Assembly: GCA_965645245.1 (NCBI GenBank)
Contig: OZ287073.1
Span: 744,001 to 808,000 of the forward strand
Length of the DNA: 64,000 nt
Direction of reading: 5' to 3'
Source: Massalongia carnosa
Taxonomy: Eukaryota
In this document: positions 1 to 13,117 of the stretch, piece after piece
Layout: each line of letters begins with the position of its first letter
How positions within the stretch are numbered: the first letter of the stretch is position 1
Position numbers and translations under genes: made by a program
Notes under the pieces: generated by a model
The model's input: the letters and a program-made list of their open reading frames with translations, nothing else
Told to the model about the DNA's origin: nothing
The model's database searches: none

Positions 1-1969
1 ATTGGGACACTTATTAGTCAGATAGTGCGTTTTCAACTTTCGTTATCCCCTGTGAAGGGAAGGAAATTTTAACGAGAAAGCGCAGGTTGACTTTTCAGGT
101 TCAGCTGAAATGCATCGAACCGTTGTCAACAGGGGTATTGATGATGATTTAGATGCCATGAAGCAAACGTATGATGGCATTGAGGATTTACTGAACCAAA
201 CATCGAAGAACATTGCTGCCACGATACCGCCACAGCACAGTCTCGATTTGAATGTGATATTCTTCCCTCAAATAGGATTTCTGATTTCGATACCTTTTGA
301 TGCGAACACCCGCAGAGGCAATTATGAAGGGCCTGACACCGAGGGAGATCGATGGGATTGTATATTCTCAACGGGGTCGCGAGTATATTACAAAGATTTC
401 CGTATGAGAGACCTTGATGATACTATTGGAGATATGTATGCTATTATCTGTGGTAAGTTCAAAAACCGACCTCCTGCTACCTTGAAATGAGTGTTTACCA
501 AAGAACATCAGACATGGAGATTGAAATCATTTATGAGTTGGGCCAGGAGGTCCTGAAGCATGAGAAACTGCTGAGCTCTGTATCAGACATATGCGGAGAG
601 CTGGATAGGTATCACATCGAGATTTCACTAAACAGACGTTTGTTAACCTGCACTTAGCCTTCTCGCTCTGGCTCAGGGAGCGAAGATGTACAAATACTCA
701 AGACCGCGACTTACAACAAAAAACCTTTTACAAATTCAAGGGGGTCGGTAAGTCAAAGCCGATCCCTTTTTTCAAACGCAGTTTCTGAAGCCAAGAAAGC
801 CATCCGTTACAAGAATTAACCGTTTCTTCGTATGTTGCCAATAACGCTTTCCTAGTTGGGGGCGCTGGTAGCGATACATGCATTCAGGACAACGGCATGC
901 CTGCCTTTCACTCCTCTCAAAAGCCACCACAGGATGGAAAAATCGAAGCGCCAAGTATGTTGATGATGACGGGACCAAACTATTCTGGGAAAAGCGTTTT
1001 CCTCAAACAAATTGCGCTCATTGTATACTTAGCCCATATTGGATGTTTTGTTCCTGCTAACAGCGCAACCATTGGCGTCACCGACAAGATTTTAACACGA
1101 ATTGCAACAAGGGAAACAGTTTCCAAAGGCCAGAGCGCATTTGCGATTGACCTACAACAAATTGCACTTGCAATGAATCTTGCTAGCCATCGAAGCTTGG
1201 TTATCATTGATGAATTTGGCAAAGGAACCGAGTCAAGCGGTATGCTTCGCATCAGCTTGAGCTATAACATTACTGATTAAAAATATAGATGGTGCAGGGC
1301 TCGCTTGTGGAATCTTTCAGCATTTTCTCGGGTTGGGGGTAATGAGGCCACGAGTGCTGGCAGCAACACATTTTCATGAAATTTTCGAGAACGGCTTTCT
1401 TGCGCCACAGCCTTTCTTGACATTCGGACATATGGAAATACGCGTTGATCCGGAGATAGAAGAAGCCGAACATCAGATCACCTACCTTTACAAGTAGAGA
1501 ACTTCATCCATACTTGGTGATTAATACTAAGACTTTGCCCAGCTTCCGACCTGGCCGCAGTACCTCTAGCTTTGGAAATAGGTATCAATTCCTAGTTAAA
1601 ACGCTCTTATGTGCGCTTACATTCGTTGGTAGTTGCGCCGCCATGAATGGTGTGGATTCGGCTGTCGTCGCGAGAGCAGAAGAGCTAGTAATCCTGAACG
1701 CAAAAGGAGAAGACTTGGTGGCGGCATGCACAGAAGTATCGGTTGGCGAAGTCGCTGATTTCTTACAGGCTGTGTGTCTTTTTGCAGAGAATTTCATGAG
1801 ATAATCAATTCTAACAGGAAAACAGGAAGACATTGCAAAAGACTTTCTTCTAGAAGATCTTGACGAGAACCAAACTGACACCGCAGCCGTCAAGGCATTA
1901 ACCGATCCCCGGAAAATTATAGAAAGACTTATCGGGGCAGAAAGTTTAATTCGAGACATAGAAGCCTGA
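1..1969 (+). CDS. MSH5: MutS homolog 5, 3' part; multi-exon, 5' end lies outside the window
   Basis: Spliced exons give LNVIFFPQIGFL, GGRHPLQEL, the P-loop MTGPNYSGKSVFLKQIALIVYLAHIGCFVPA, SAFAIDLQQ, SLVIIDEFGKGT and ATHFHEIF, typical of Msh5. Last exon ends at TGA 1967-1969. Confidence 0.9.
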
Positions 1970-2345
1970 ATAGTGTATTCTCGGTCAAATCGGCATACAA
2001 GAGAGTATGTAGCTTGTTTTCCTTAACAACAACGAAGTCTGGTGTTTAGACTATAGCTAAACCAGAACAATGATGAGCAATAAAGTCGCTCAATCCTGCC
2101 CTCGCATCATCATGAAGGGAGTGTTTAAAATCTGTCTTTTTGTAAGTTTTAAAACGATCATCATGATCACTAACCACTAAAGTGCTGATTCAAAAAAAAT
2201 CCGATTGAAGAATGAATCCAGCTACAATTCCCAAGATGCGCTAACCCAAATAGGAAAACAAAATGTTTCCTGGCAGCTTACCTCGCATCTAAAATCCCCT
2301 CCTTCAGCAATACCCATCAATGAAAATCCCCAATCTTCAACAAAA

Positions 2346-3032
2346 ATGCCCTCTCTAATCTCACGGCCAATAATAGTGCTCGGCGCCCTCCTCCTCTTCC
2401 ACGCGTAAGTCCCGCAACTCAACCCAGCCTTACCACCACCAAACCCCTCCAAAACAATCCCCCCCAAAAATTCCCACTAAAGCCTCAACAACGCAGCTGC
2501 TACTCCGCCTACGAGCAAGCGAAATTCAACGACATCCTCCTACCCCGGGCTTCCTCCTCCTTCCGGTCCGACCCCTCGACGCCATCGGCGGCGGCGGCAG
2601 CAACCAGCCTTCCGCTTGATATTTCTCTGGAAACCATCACGTCGGTGCTCCTTGTATGCGTGGGCCTGGTCCTGGGCGCGGACGAGCTGCACCCAATCAG
2701 CTGGCGGGTTTGGGCCCGGAATGCGGAGAGCGTGTCTAGAGGAGGAAAGGGAGGGCCGTTCCGGGCTCTGGAGGATAGGGCGGGGTTCGTGGATATCAGG
2801 GTTAGTCTTTTTTGTTTCTTTTTTTCATTTGCTGCTGGTCTTGACCTGCTGCTTGGGGGGGGTTGTCATTGCCCTGTATTGGGGGACCTGCCTGGGGGGG
2901 CTTTGGTAAGAGCAAGGGCTAATCGTATGTAATGGGTTGGGGGTTGTTTAGGCGAAGAGAAAGCAGTTTGCGGATTGGGTGAGAGATGAACGGAGGGGTG
3001 GGGATGGGGGAGAGGGGAAGGTGGAAAAGTAA
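2346..3032 (+). CDS. EMC5: ER membrane complex subunit 5 / membrane magnesium transporter (MMGT1 family), 3 exons
   Basis: Spliced product MPSLISRPIIVLGALLLFHA|CYSAYEQ...LPLDISLETITSVLLVCVGLVLG...PFRALEDRAGFVDIR|AKRKQFADWV, with two TM segments and the typical EMC5 motifs. GTAAGT and GTTAGT donors. Confidence 0.8.
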
Positions 3033-3909
3033 GGGTTTGGTTGATTACTGAAGAGTGTTTTTGTCAGGTTCGTTGTTTCGGTTTTGTATATGCATATACA
3101 TGAATGGTTGTACAGTGTCAGACAAGGTCTAGATTCAAATGATCCCGAATATGGCATTCCTCTGTCCTGATTATATGTACTGTCTCAAAATAAGGCTACA
3201 GGGGCAAATGAAAGCTGGAGTGCTTCAGAGACCTTCCCCCTCTCTAATCCCTATCATTTGGAAGCCAACGGGTCAAGTCTGTTTAAGCTAAACCGACGAG
3301 CCGAGCAAGATTTTATTCCGCATTCCTTATACATAAAGCTCCTGGGAAGCACTCGGTCCATCTGGAGCATATAGGCATCTCAACTCAAAGAATTGGAGCT
3401 GTCTTCGATCTGTGCACCCCGGATGGCCTAGAAATTGCCGAGCAGCCAAAAACGATAGGAAATTAGCCACGGATGGCTCTGCGAAGGTCCTAAAACTGTG
3501 ACTTAGGCCCGTTGGATTGAGAAAGTTGTATAAAGTATGGTCATGCACGCCTCGACGATAACCACTGATATGGACTTCTTGCATAGATTGATGACCAAGT
3601 TTCCTGAGGGTCATCCAACTTTAGTTCACAAGATAGTCCCTTGTTTTAAACTGCTCTGGTTTGGAAAGCCTGTTATCTTCTTGGTACTTGTTGCATAGTG
3701 AATCGAGGAACATACTCTTGCTAGTTACAACAACCCATTGATCGGGGCTCCCCATGTTCTGACTGCGGTGCAGAAGAAACTAAAGCATATTTTATGCCTA
3801 GTTTTTTTTTATAATCCGAGGTCGAGGCTTCCCTGTGTCGCTTGTATGTTGGCTCTGCGTGCGGAAGCCTCCTTTTTTCTCCATGAAATCGGTGTACTTG
3901 TAGCATGCA

Positions 3910-4268
3910 TTATAAGTGCTTCACTCCCCCAATAACGCTTCCCCTAACTTGGGCCCAATCGATACTTGCATCCAGCTCCTCATCCACTAGCCCACACACA
4001 GCCACGTTCTCTCCACGGATAAGGTATAGGCCATGAGGAACTTCAACGCTAGGTTCCGGGTCGTCATGCGGCCGTATTATCCGCTCAATGGTTTGGCCCA
4101 AGACCAGGTTTGTCAGTTGGTCGCAAGACAGCAAGCTACCAGTCAATGTTCGGCCGTCGGTAGTGAGGACAAGGACTTTCTCTGAGGGGCGATCTTGCTA
4201 TTAGCGAGGTCGCCAAAAGGCATGATGAGAGTAGAACGCTCACTATTGATATACTGTTGGAGTGACAT
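3910..4268 (-). CDS. LSM8: U6 snRNA-associated Sm-like protein Lsm8, 2 exons
   Basis: MSLQQYIN|KKVLVLTTDGRTLTGSLLSCDQLTNLVL...HGLYLIRGENVAVCGLVDEELDASIDW; Sm1 and Sm2 motifs. Confidence 0.93.
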
Positions 4269-4613
4269 GATCTTCTTGGCTCTTGGCGGCGGTATTGAGC
4301 TTCCAGAACCTCAACAAAGGGCGCCTCAATCGTGAACTCGAGAATTGTCTAGACACTATTGTGTGTGTTGTTGAAGAAATATTATTTTTGAGGAAATCAA
4401 TAAGGTACATAAGCTTGAGGTCTCCAAATAGTTTGGCCGTGTTTTTGTCGTATGCTATTCGTAGTAGTTACCGAGTAACCAAATGATGATACCGAGGTTC
4501 AGCCGCTAATCAAGTGAAACCTTGTCACCACCTGCAAGACAAACTTATTCAAACGTCAATTCTCTGGCAGGCTCATCTGCGCGGAGTTACTGATTCGATC
4601 ATCAACTCATATC

Positions 4614-4991
4614 ATGCGGTTCACAGCTCAGCTACTGCAGCATACCTCTCGTATTACTCTCTTCACAAGGTCCAACTGTGGTCTTTGCTCTTCGGCAAAA
4701 TCTGTTCTAGAAAATGTAGCGAAGAAAAGATCCTTCGATTACTTAGAAGTAGATGTCATGGCTGTGGGTCAAGAAAAATTCAAGAATCTCTATGAGTTTG
4801 ACACACCAGTTGTAAGGGACCCCTTTTTGGTTCAAATAAATCCAAAGGCTGACAACGACAAGCTTTACGCCCAGCGTGTTATTGGCATATATTCTCAACC
4901 TGATATCGCGACAGAGAGTCGCCAATTAATGCATCGCTTCACAGAAGACCAGGTTGAGCGCCTGCTCGACAAGTGTGAAGGGCAGACATAG
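4614..4991 (+). CDS. Glutaredoxin-like protein (DUF836/YDR286C-type), probably mitochondrial
   Basis: ITLFTRSNCGLC (CxxC), YEFDTPV and LMHRF motifs. Likely in-frame 51-bp intron 4812-4862 (GTAAGG...GCTGAC...AAG). Confidence 0.8.
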   Translation: MRFTAQLLQHTSRITLFTRSNCGLCSSAKSVLENVAKKRSFDYLEVDVMAVGQEKFKNLYEFDTPVVRDPFLVQINPKADNDKLYAQRVIGIYSQPDIATESRQLMHRFTEDQVERLLDKCEGQT

Positions 4992-5006
4992 GCATTTAAA
5001 TAGGCA

Positions 5007-6188
5007 TCATCGCTCGTATGGACCCGTCAGCTTTGCAGCTCCGGAAATAGCACCTTTTGCCACGTTTAATGCGGAATGAACGAAAGAGCCTTTCGCCGCT
5101 GCCAATGCTGAAGTCATGTATGCTGGCAATGCGATCATATCTGCCACTACAGACACCTACATCAAGAAATTAGCGAACCCAAGGGCGCTTTTATATTGAT
5201 GACCTACCATCTGAAACCCCTGATCAGCGAATTGTCGGGCCTGATCTCCAGACGTGGAATAAATTCCACTACTTTTCTTGTTTTCCTTTGCAACCTCTTG
5301 AATTCTAGCTACGGCTTCCTTCAACTTGTTGTGCATTGTACCGTCGAGTATAGAGTGCCCAATATTATTGCCGAGATCGAATGGCCCGACAAAGAGCACA
5401 TCAATTCCTGGCACTTTTGCAATCTCATCAACCTGTTGACCATTAGCGATCAGCTTTACCTTGGCTTGAAAATGGCTGCAAGACATATGGAACGACGGAC
5501 GCACGTTCACCAATGCTTCCTTTGTTTCTATTTGGACAATTGTCACCAAGCTATCATTTGCCTGCTGCAAGTACTCCGAAAATGTTGTACCGCCGAACTT
5601 TTCCATTGGAAAGGGGGAGCCAAATCCCCGCTGGCCTGTTGGTGGAAATTTGGCAGATTGGACTAGCTTCCTGGCATCTTCTGCGTTTTGCAGCAGAGGC
5701 ACAATAATACCATGAGCTAAGGGAACATGGTTAAACATGTTTGAGCAAGCAATTCAGACATCCCCTCAAAGCATGACTAACCACCAGCATCCAAGGCTCC
5801 TAATGTCTGTCAGCGAGTCAGCCCTAACAAGAGACTTAACTTCGCTACAGCTTACGCTTGACCATCCATCCCTCATTGGCTGCTATTCTCACGACAGGGC
5901 TCACCCCGCACGCTGCAATTGCTGCGACAGCCTCATGCATGCTGCTATCTGGACGGGGTGGGGGTTAGCAACTACTCATATCACGTAGGTATTGTTTGAA
6001 ATGCTAGTTGTGCAAGCAGGCTATCACTTACCGTCAATATTGCCATGCTCTGTGTCAACGAGGACCCAATCATACCCACACCGGGCTATAATCCGAGCTT
6101 GGTTACTTCCTGGCAGCATCTGCCATGCACCGAATGTAAGTCCAGACCCTGTTTGCAAGGCTCGCTGAAGCCGGTTTGCCGCTTGCAT
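5007..6188 (-). CDS. HpcH/HpaI aldolase family protein, multi-exon
   Basis: MQAANRLQRAL...GAWQMLPG...DWVLVDTEHGNID, KFPPTGQRGFG, VQIET and DVLFVGPFDL motifs. Stop at 5007-5009. Confidence 0.88.
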
Positions 6189-7468
6189 TCTGATAAGCGC
6201 GACTCAGTTGGATAAAAAGGCTGTTATCTACAGGTCGTCTTTGTGAAGCAGGTGATCTGAATCTCGCGTTTTTGGTTGGTTCTTCCAAAAATTGAAGCTG
6301 AATCACATAAATCCCAGAATGATTAAAGTACTGCGGGGTGCATGGACTCGCATTCCATGACGCAATCATCTCGATCGTGTGGGGGGAACTACTGAGTGGG
6401 ACGCAGCTTTTCCTTTTCCTCCTCGAATTTGATATATGGATTAGCTGGGTTGAATTTTTTACGGTAGAGCTGTGAAAATTTATTATTCGAGTATTCCCAA
6501 CTAATGGCTGTCTCCAATGTTTCCGGGTGAAGGCGAGCAAGTGCTTGAAACCCCTCTATTGCTGAAGAGTCTACCCACTTTTCTTCGCTTCCTTGTGTTC
6601 CCTCCTACATCTCTCGTGTTTCCTAGAAAGTGTATTGATCTAGCTCGATATCTCACTAACTCCATACTGTCTTGATTAACCCTCTGTCCAAACTCCTTCC
6701 CCCTTCTATATCTCTCAGCCTCTGTTAACGTATATGGCTTGGGATCTCCAAGCCAAGTTCCAAGACGATCCGAAGGTAATACATACAAGACTCAGAGTCG
6801 ATAAGATATCTAGCCACTTATACACAACAGTCCTCAGGAAGAGCGGGAATGTTAACCTCTGGTGGGGGGGGCTTTTTTGTTATTGTTTTTTTGTTTAAAA
6901 AGGTGCAAAGGTATACATATACACAGAAAACCGCTAACAACATATCTTCACGCGAAGCCTTCTTTTCCCTAATCTATATATTGGCGGCGCGGGGCTAGCC
7001 AGGCAAGCGACGAGTTTACGAGAAAGAGAGAGAGAGAGAGAGAATCATGCATCCATACACACGCGCAAACGTTCCCGAACAAACAACCTTGCTGAATCAT
7101 AGAAGAGACGAAGAAGAAAGACCAGCACGGGACCCTACCTACGCACTATCAAAGCGCCATTTTGACATGCTCGATGATGATGTATTCCCCGCTTTACTCC
7201 TATCGCCAACCTTTCGGTTTTTTTCCCTGTGGCATGGGGAATTTCCCCAACTAGCACTAGATTCGATTTTATTTGCTTCGATGTTTAGTTGTGCCCTCAG
7301 TCTACATAACGAACGTAGTTACCGTTTTGGGGGGGCGCGGTTGAATGGAACGGATTGGAAACGAATGGATAGGACAGGCAGGCCAGTTTCGATTCAAGCC
7401 ACTTTTTTCCCCCCCGGGGAGTTCGCACGATAGAATATACCCATACCATGATCAATCAACCAACCCCG

Positions 7469-8065
7469 TTAGAGATGAAGCCCCTCCCCATTCCCCTCCC
7501 CCTCATCCCCATCAAGCCGCTCGCGCAATCTCCTCGCCAGCTCCTCGTCCCCGATATTCCCGCCCGCTTGAGCCCTTCTCTGCGGCCCCCCCTCCCCTTC
7601 CCTAGTCGGCGCGTCACCAGTCGGCGCATCACCATCAGGGCTCCGACGCCCAGCCCCAATGTCAGTGCCAGCCCCTACTTCTCCGGGCACAGATCCATTC
7701 CCGTTCACAATCCCGTTCCCATTCCCCCCATCCCCGTCCCCATCCCCCCATAAAAATCCCCTCCTCTCCACTTCGCGCCTCAACAAATCAATGCGCACCT
7801 CCATGCTCCGCACCACTTGCGCGTTCTCCGCCATGGCCTCGGCGTACTCGCCGCCGCCCCCCCTTCCCTCTCTCTCACCCTCCCCCTCAGCCCTAGCCTC
7901 AGCCTCGGCCTCGGCAAAGGCCTGCAGCTGGCGATTCGACGATCGCAGGTGCGCGATCGAGTTGCGGAGCTCAGCGGCCTTGAGGTGGAGGTTGGGAAGG
8001 GGTAGGGCCTGGATGGCGGTGGCGAACTGGTGGGGGGAGATGGGGCGGGATGTGGATGAGGACAT
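7469..8065 (-). CDS. Conserved fungal protein, TMA17/Adc17-like
   Basis: Intronless 198 aa ORF. FATAIQALPLPNLHLKAAELRNSIAHLRSSNRQL...EAMAENAQVVRSMEVRIDLLRREVERRG resembles the Tma17 family as recalled. Confidence 0.65.
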   Translation of the reverse strand: MSSSTSRPISPHQFATAIQALPLPNLHLKAAELRNSIAHLRSSNRQLQAFAEAEAEARAEGEGEREGRGGGGEYAEAMAENAQVVRSMEVRIDLLRREVERRGFLWGDGDGDGGNGNGIVNGNGSVPGEVGAGTDIGAGRRSPDGDAPTGDAPTREGEGGPQRRAQAGGNIGDEELARRLRERLDGDEGEGNGEGLHL

Positions 8066-8511
8066 GGATGATTAGTAGTTTGATAAACTTATTAGTCAAG
8101 AGGTAAAAAAGGGTGTTGATTATAGTTAGCTTTGGTTTTGCATGGTTGAGAGTCCTATCTAGGTAGGTAGGTATCGTTTTAAAAAGGGAAATGAACAAAT
8201 ACATGATACATAAAAGGGAAGCAGCGGCAACCGGGAAATTTCTAATTCTTAGGTCGGTTCATGTGTTCCCACGTTCTTCCATCACTAATCAAGCTGCCCA
8301 GGGAATGTCCAAGGCAGTTCAACCTACCCAGGACGCGGACCAGCATACGCTTCGGAGTTGTTCAGAAAGAAGATCTAATGTTCTACGTGTACAATAGAGC
8401 GTAAGGAAGGTTCCTCAACAGCCTCATCCGATACGCGGATAAGGATTTTGTCATTCCCTTCCTGATGCAACGCCAGTAAAGGACTCCCCCAAATGCAGTC
8501 AACCACAATAC

Positions 8512-10124
8512 TCAGCGAAAATAAGAAAGGTCCAATGGCACGCTACTACCTCTACCAGCTCTGTACTTTTTGGGCCCTCCAACGAAATCTCTTGGTATCG
8601 GCAGTTGACTCTCCTCCTGAAAATGCCATCTGCTGTCTTCGACAGCAGTCAAACCTGATTTGCCTTTGGGGTCGTTTTCTCTCGTAGGATTTGAGTTATG
8701 ATGATTTACATTACCGTTTGACAAGGTATATGAGCTTGGGTCAAGCAGCGGTCTAGAGAAATGCTGGAGTCCTGGCCTTGACAGAGGAGGCTGGAGGGGT
8801 GCTATGGACGGACCTGATGAAGGTGATGATTTAACGTTTGATGGAGAAGATGTTAATGGCGGTTGGGGGGGCGGTTGGGGGGGCGGTGGGGGAGGTAGAG
8901 CAGGGGATGCTGGCCCATTTCCAAAGGCGTTTCGCGCTGCTTGCATGGCCAAAGATGGTGTCGGAGCGTCTTGGGGGAAAGAGTTATTACCCGGCGGAGG
9001 TGGAGGAATGAATCGGCTTGGTGGGGTCCGCGGGGCAGGAACAGGCGGGGGAGGAGGGGCGCTTGGCGGTGACGGTGCGATTGAAGAAGAGAGGGGGCGA
9101 ATCAGGGATGGCCGGGCGGCCGGCTCGGGGGTTCGAGACTCAGGGAATAGTGTCGGAGGAGGAGCTGGAGGACGAATAGGCACTGCGGAAAGCGATTGAG
9201 AGGGCCCAACCGTAGAATGTTTTCGTGAGGTTATCGGTGGGGGTGGCGGTTTTGCCGTGCCAGGTAACGGCGGCGGAGGTGCCCGTGGTGGATATGTGTC
9301 CGTATTCGCTTTATTAGGCCGCGAGGAAATGTCGGAGTATGGCCGCTGAGGAGGTTTTAGGGGAGGTTTTCGGAGATGCGCAAGTAACGGATTTGCGGCC
9401 TGCGGAGGCGATGACTCTGTAGTTTGAGGAGTTGGCCGAAGATTGTTAGGTCTAGGGACTGTTGGCGGTTTTGGCGCAGATGAGGAAGGTGGTTTGGGAA
9501 CAGAAGTCCGTGAGGTCTCGGGGTCAGAGAGATAGGAAGAATCTTTATCTGCTCCAGTATCTATGGCACCGCCGGCTCTCCTCAATTTTGGAATACCAAC
9601 GCCAGCGAATATTCCTCCCAATTGAGGTCCTACTGATATGCCAGCACTGCCCCACCCAGGGCCTTTGTCACGGCCATCACTATTACTCCTACCCCTTTTG
9701 GACGCTGCATCGCTTGGAACATGAGGAGCAAGACCACCTGGTGGCCTTGGGACCGCAGGCGCACCGCTGATTGATGGACCTTGGGAGGTCGTCGGTGCTT
9801 TTCCAACCACTGGTGCTGATCGATCGTTTGTAACGGTTTTCTTTAGCCTCGCGCCTTTGGTTATATCCGTCAGAAGAGCACCCTACGCAATTTATTAGTA
9901 TCAAACCAGTCATCTAGGATTAAGCTACGGTAACTTTAGAATAATATGAGTGAAATGATACTCACTCGATCTTGACCAACTGCTGCCGGAATTCTGGATG
10001 GTGTTGCGCTTGTGTTTGAAAGCCCACCAGGTGGAGGTGGTGCTGGAGGCAGCGGCGGTCCTGAACCTCCAAAGCCTGGCATTGGCGGCGGCGGAGGAGG
10101 AGGAGGCGGCGGAGGAGCAGGCAT
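8512..10124 (-). CDS. VRP1: Verprolin / WASP-interacting protein, 2 exons
   Basis: N-terminal polyproline, WH2 motif R|GALLTDITKGARLKKTVTNDRSAP, QLGGIFAGVGIPKLR, and C-terminal DSRWHF...YRAGRGSSVPLDL. Intron 9883-9965. Confidence 0.9.
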
Positions 10125-10447
10125 TATTTGCGCAAGAGGCCTTAGAAATTTCAATATTCGTTCTCGGAGAAGTAAGTAGTCGTCGTGGTGCGCTGAGCTG
10201 CCCTAGGTTTAGTACATATATACCTAGAAGAGCCAGTAACTTACAGTACAGACCTACATTAGCTGTACTCTCTGAATGGTGAAGGCTGTGGCTAAAACCT
10301 GCCTGTTGCTGCTTAGTGGTATTTTATCTTCCTATCTAGCCTTCCTAAATTTACAGAGTACTCTGTAATTGTCTACCCATCCGTGCCAATTTTCTTACCC
10401 AGGCACCAACTTCCGAGAACTCATTCTTTTATACCCGAGCTCACAGT

Positions 10448-11698
10448 ATGCACCTCATGCGCTGCATGTACTGTGAGCGTGTTGCTTCTCAATGGCATGA
10501 GCTACGGTTCTACAGATCTGGAATCCGGTCTTTGCTGCATCCTATACAAAACCGTCAAAAACACACTCGCCGCGACTTCGCGATAAATCATGGCACAAAT
10601 GGCCTACTAAGATCTTTTGCCACGGCAAGGTCACTCAAGGAACCTGGACCTGATCTTCATAAAGTTTCACATATTGCAGAACGGAGACTACTCGCTTTGC
10701 AGGACAAAGTCAACGAGGTCTTACAAAATCCCACATCACCAAGTACAGAATCAATTCGGTCAATTGTACGAGGTTGCGAGGCATATGCACGAGCAATCAC
10801 GGCGAAGCTCCCGTCAAGTTCGCCTTCAGATGGTGATAAATCTCCCGCTTCAAGTCTACTATCGCTCGAGGAACAGCCCAAGGATGTCACTAATGTGCCC
10901 CCAACAAATACTCATCTTGACGCTTCAACTAGGAACAAGATTGCGCTGCAGGTTTCAGCACTTGCGTATAATATAATGACAGATTCTAAAGTCTTCATCT
11001 CCCCTAAAATACTGGCTTCCTATGTCAGAACTCAATCCTTTCTAGGTTTTCCTGGCACTATCCCTCAAGTTTTTATCTTATACGCGTCCAAACCCCTCCC
11101 GGTCCCAGGCAGAATCCCAATAGAATTCAGCACGTCCAATCCTAACAATGCCTCATCTGCTATTCCTCTTAATATCGCCAACGCAGCGTTGAGCGCTGCA
11201 ATCGAAGCTAGAGATCTACCTCTCTGTTTCGATATCATAAACACTAGTATCTGCACTACAGCTTTCCGGCGCTCCAAGCTCATTCGTCGCGCTCTTCTCC
11301 CAATTATGGGGATTGCAGCGGCTCCTGTGGCCGCTTATGCTGTAGCTTCTCAATTATCACTGTACCAGGATGCGATGGATTCCACAGTAGCGACAAATAT
11401 CGTGTTTGCGGGCACGTTAGCATACATATGCTTTACGGCCACAATAGGTGTGGTCGCTGTTACTACCGCCAATGACCAGATGGACCGAATTACGTGGGCA
11501 AGCGGTACCCCCTTGCGAGAACGATGGATGAGGGAGGAAGAAAGGGCGCTCATTGATAGAGTTGCGGGAGCTTGGGGTTTTCAGGAACTGTCGAAGAGGG
11601 GTGAAGAGGAGGGGAAAGACTGGGAGACATTACGTGAATGGGTTGGTATGAGGGGTATGATTCTAGATCGAGTGGAACTCATGGAAGGCATGGAATGA
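10448..11698 (+). CDS. Conserved hypothetical membrane protein, probably mitochondrial
   Basis: Intronless 416 aa ORF with an Arg-rich presequence-like N-terminus, two C-terminal hydrophobic segments and a TTANDQMDRITWASG...ERWMREEER motif. Confidence 0.75.
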   Translation: MHLMRCMYCERVASQWHELRFYRSGIRSLLHPIQNRQKHTRRDFAINHGTNGLLRSFATARSLKEPGPDLHKVSHIAERRLLALQDKVNEVLQNPTSPSTESIRSIVRGCEAYARAITAKLPSSSPSDGDKSPASSLLSLEEQPKDVTNVPPTNTHLDASTRNKIALQVSALAYNIMTDSKVFISPKILASYVRTQSFLGFPGTIPQVFILYASKPLPVPGRIPIEFSTSNPNNASSAIPLNIANAALSAAIEARDLPLCFDIINTSICTTAFRRSKLIRRALLPIMGIAAAPVAAYAVASQLSLYQDAMDSTVATNIVFAGTLAYICFTATIGVVAVTTANDQMDRITWASGTPLRERWMREEERALIDRVAGAWGFQELSKRGEEEGKDWETLREWVGMRGMILDRVELMEGME

Positions 11699-12034
11699 GC
11701 AGGCTAAGGCATTGCAACCGTCGATACAATAGCGTTCAAAATCCGAAAGCGTACTTGTTCGCAGGATTGGAGCTCAGCGATGAAATAGTACGCACTACTG
11801 TCAGAATTCTTGAAGCTGCCAGAACGTACTGAATTCAGTCAAAAGAGGTCTTCTGCAGCCTCACTCAGGACTCCAGATCATGGAACGAGGATATAGCTTC
11901 ACCAGGGAGAGATTTCCATCTCAAGTCTAGTATAAAAGGGCTGCAAAGTTTGGATAAGAATGTATGTATATGTCACCAAAGCTTTTGGGTGGATAAGACT
12001 CGCCTGACAAATACTCAATAGAATAGTTCAATGT

Positions 12035-13117
12035 CTATGCTCTACCTGCCTGTCCTACCTGGATAATCTCGGACGTCCTCTTCTCATCGCTTCTTAGTAC
12101 GGGCCAGCTACTTGCATCTGACTTGATCAGCGTCAACTCTAATTTGGTTCCCATTATTTTATAGGTCGATCTTGCATTATCGATTTTCCCAAACAGGGGT
12201 ACTTCGCTCTTATACCTTGTTTGATCCGTGGTAGGTAGATCAAGAGCTATCGACGAGGGGGAAAACACAATCTTGGCTTGGTCCTTCATTATTTTCTTCA
12301 GATATAGACTTGCGATCACGGTGGTGGGTGTTTGGTAAAAGTCATGCCTGAGTACACGGGGTGGTAAGCTTCTTATATGGCCCGCGTCTGCGGCACTTTA
12401 TAGTTATGGATTCAACGTACCTAACGTTCGACAGCAACTCCTCCTTCCCAACTTTCTTGCCGCTTCCAACAAACAGATGCTTAGGCTTCTTTTTGCATCC
12501 CTCAATCTGCATAAACTCATCAAACTCTAACACGCGCTTCTTGCAGCACGTCCATCCTTTACTCCCTTCGTGGAATAAGGCTACTCCTGGATGGTGAAAA
12601 CATTCTTTAGGCGGCGACGATTCGTTGCCAGCCGGAGAGCTAGCGTTGCACCCACGGCGGCGGCAGGTTGTATTAGGTGGAACAGGAATGAACGGGTCGT
12701 CCGAATCAGATTCTGGGGGTGCCGCAGGTGGAGCTGCTGGCTGAGCAGCTTGAGTTGTACGAGAAGCTGGGTTTGCATCCACGGATATAGGCTTATAGGC
12801 TGGCACTGGAAGCTCCGGTTCCTTGGAAGGCGGTTTAGGTTCGGGAGCGGGAGTATCATCAACAGTAGAGTGCCGGCCCGTGGTGCAAGGCGGGATGGAG
12901 AGAAACTCGTCAAAGGTCAGAACGCGAGGTTTGCAGCATTTCCAACCTATGTCGCAGTGTTAGTTCGGGGATCCTTTTCGCCGCATGTTTGACTTCATGT
13001 AACCGGAACACCTTTCTGCCCTTCATGGAAGATTGGAGGCCCAGGGTGATGGATGCAATCTTCGATCGGATCGTCGAAATATTTGCCGCAGCCTTTATGC
13101 ACACACTTCGACGCCAT
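12035..13117 (-). CDS. CHORD-CHORD-CS domain Hsp90 co-chaperone (CHORDC1/Rar1-like), 3 exons
   Basis: CVHKGCGK...CIHHPGPPIFHEGQK|GWKCC, second CHORD CRRRGC...CFHHPGVALFHEGSKGWTCC, C-terminal CS domain (KIMGTKLELTL...WPVL). Confidence 0.92.

Noticed and set aside
3327..3716. Minus-strand 95-aa ORF, extendable upstream across one TAA; possible pseudogene
   Set aside because: No recognisable motif or splice structure; could be a chance ORF.
6501..7433. Short ORFs and scattered splice-like signals between the aldolase and TMA17-like genes; possible small gene or ncRNA host
   Set aside because: Could not assemble a consistent exon chain or recognise snoRNA boxes.
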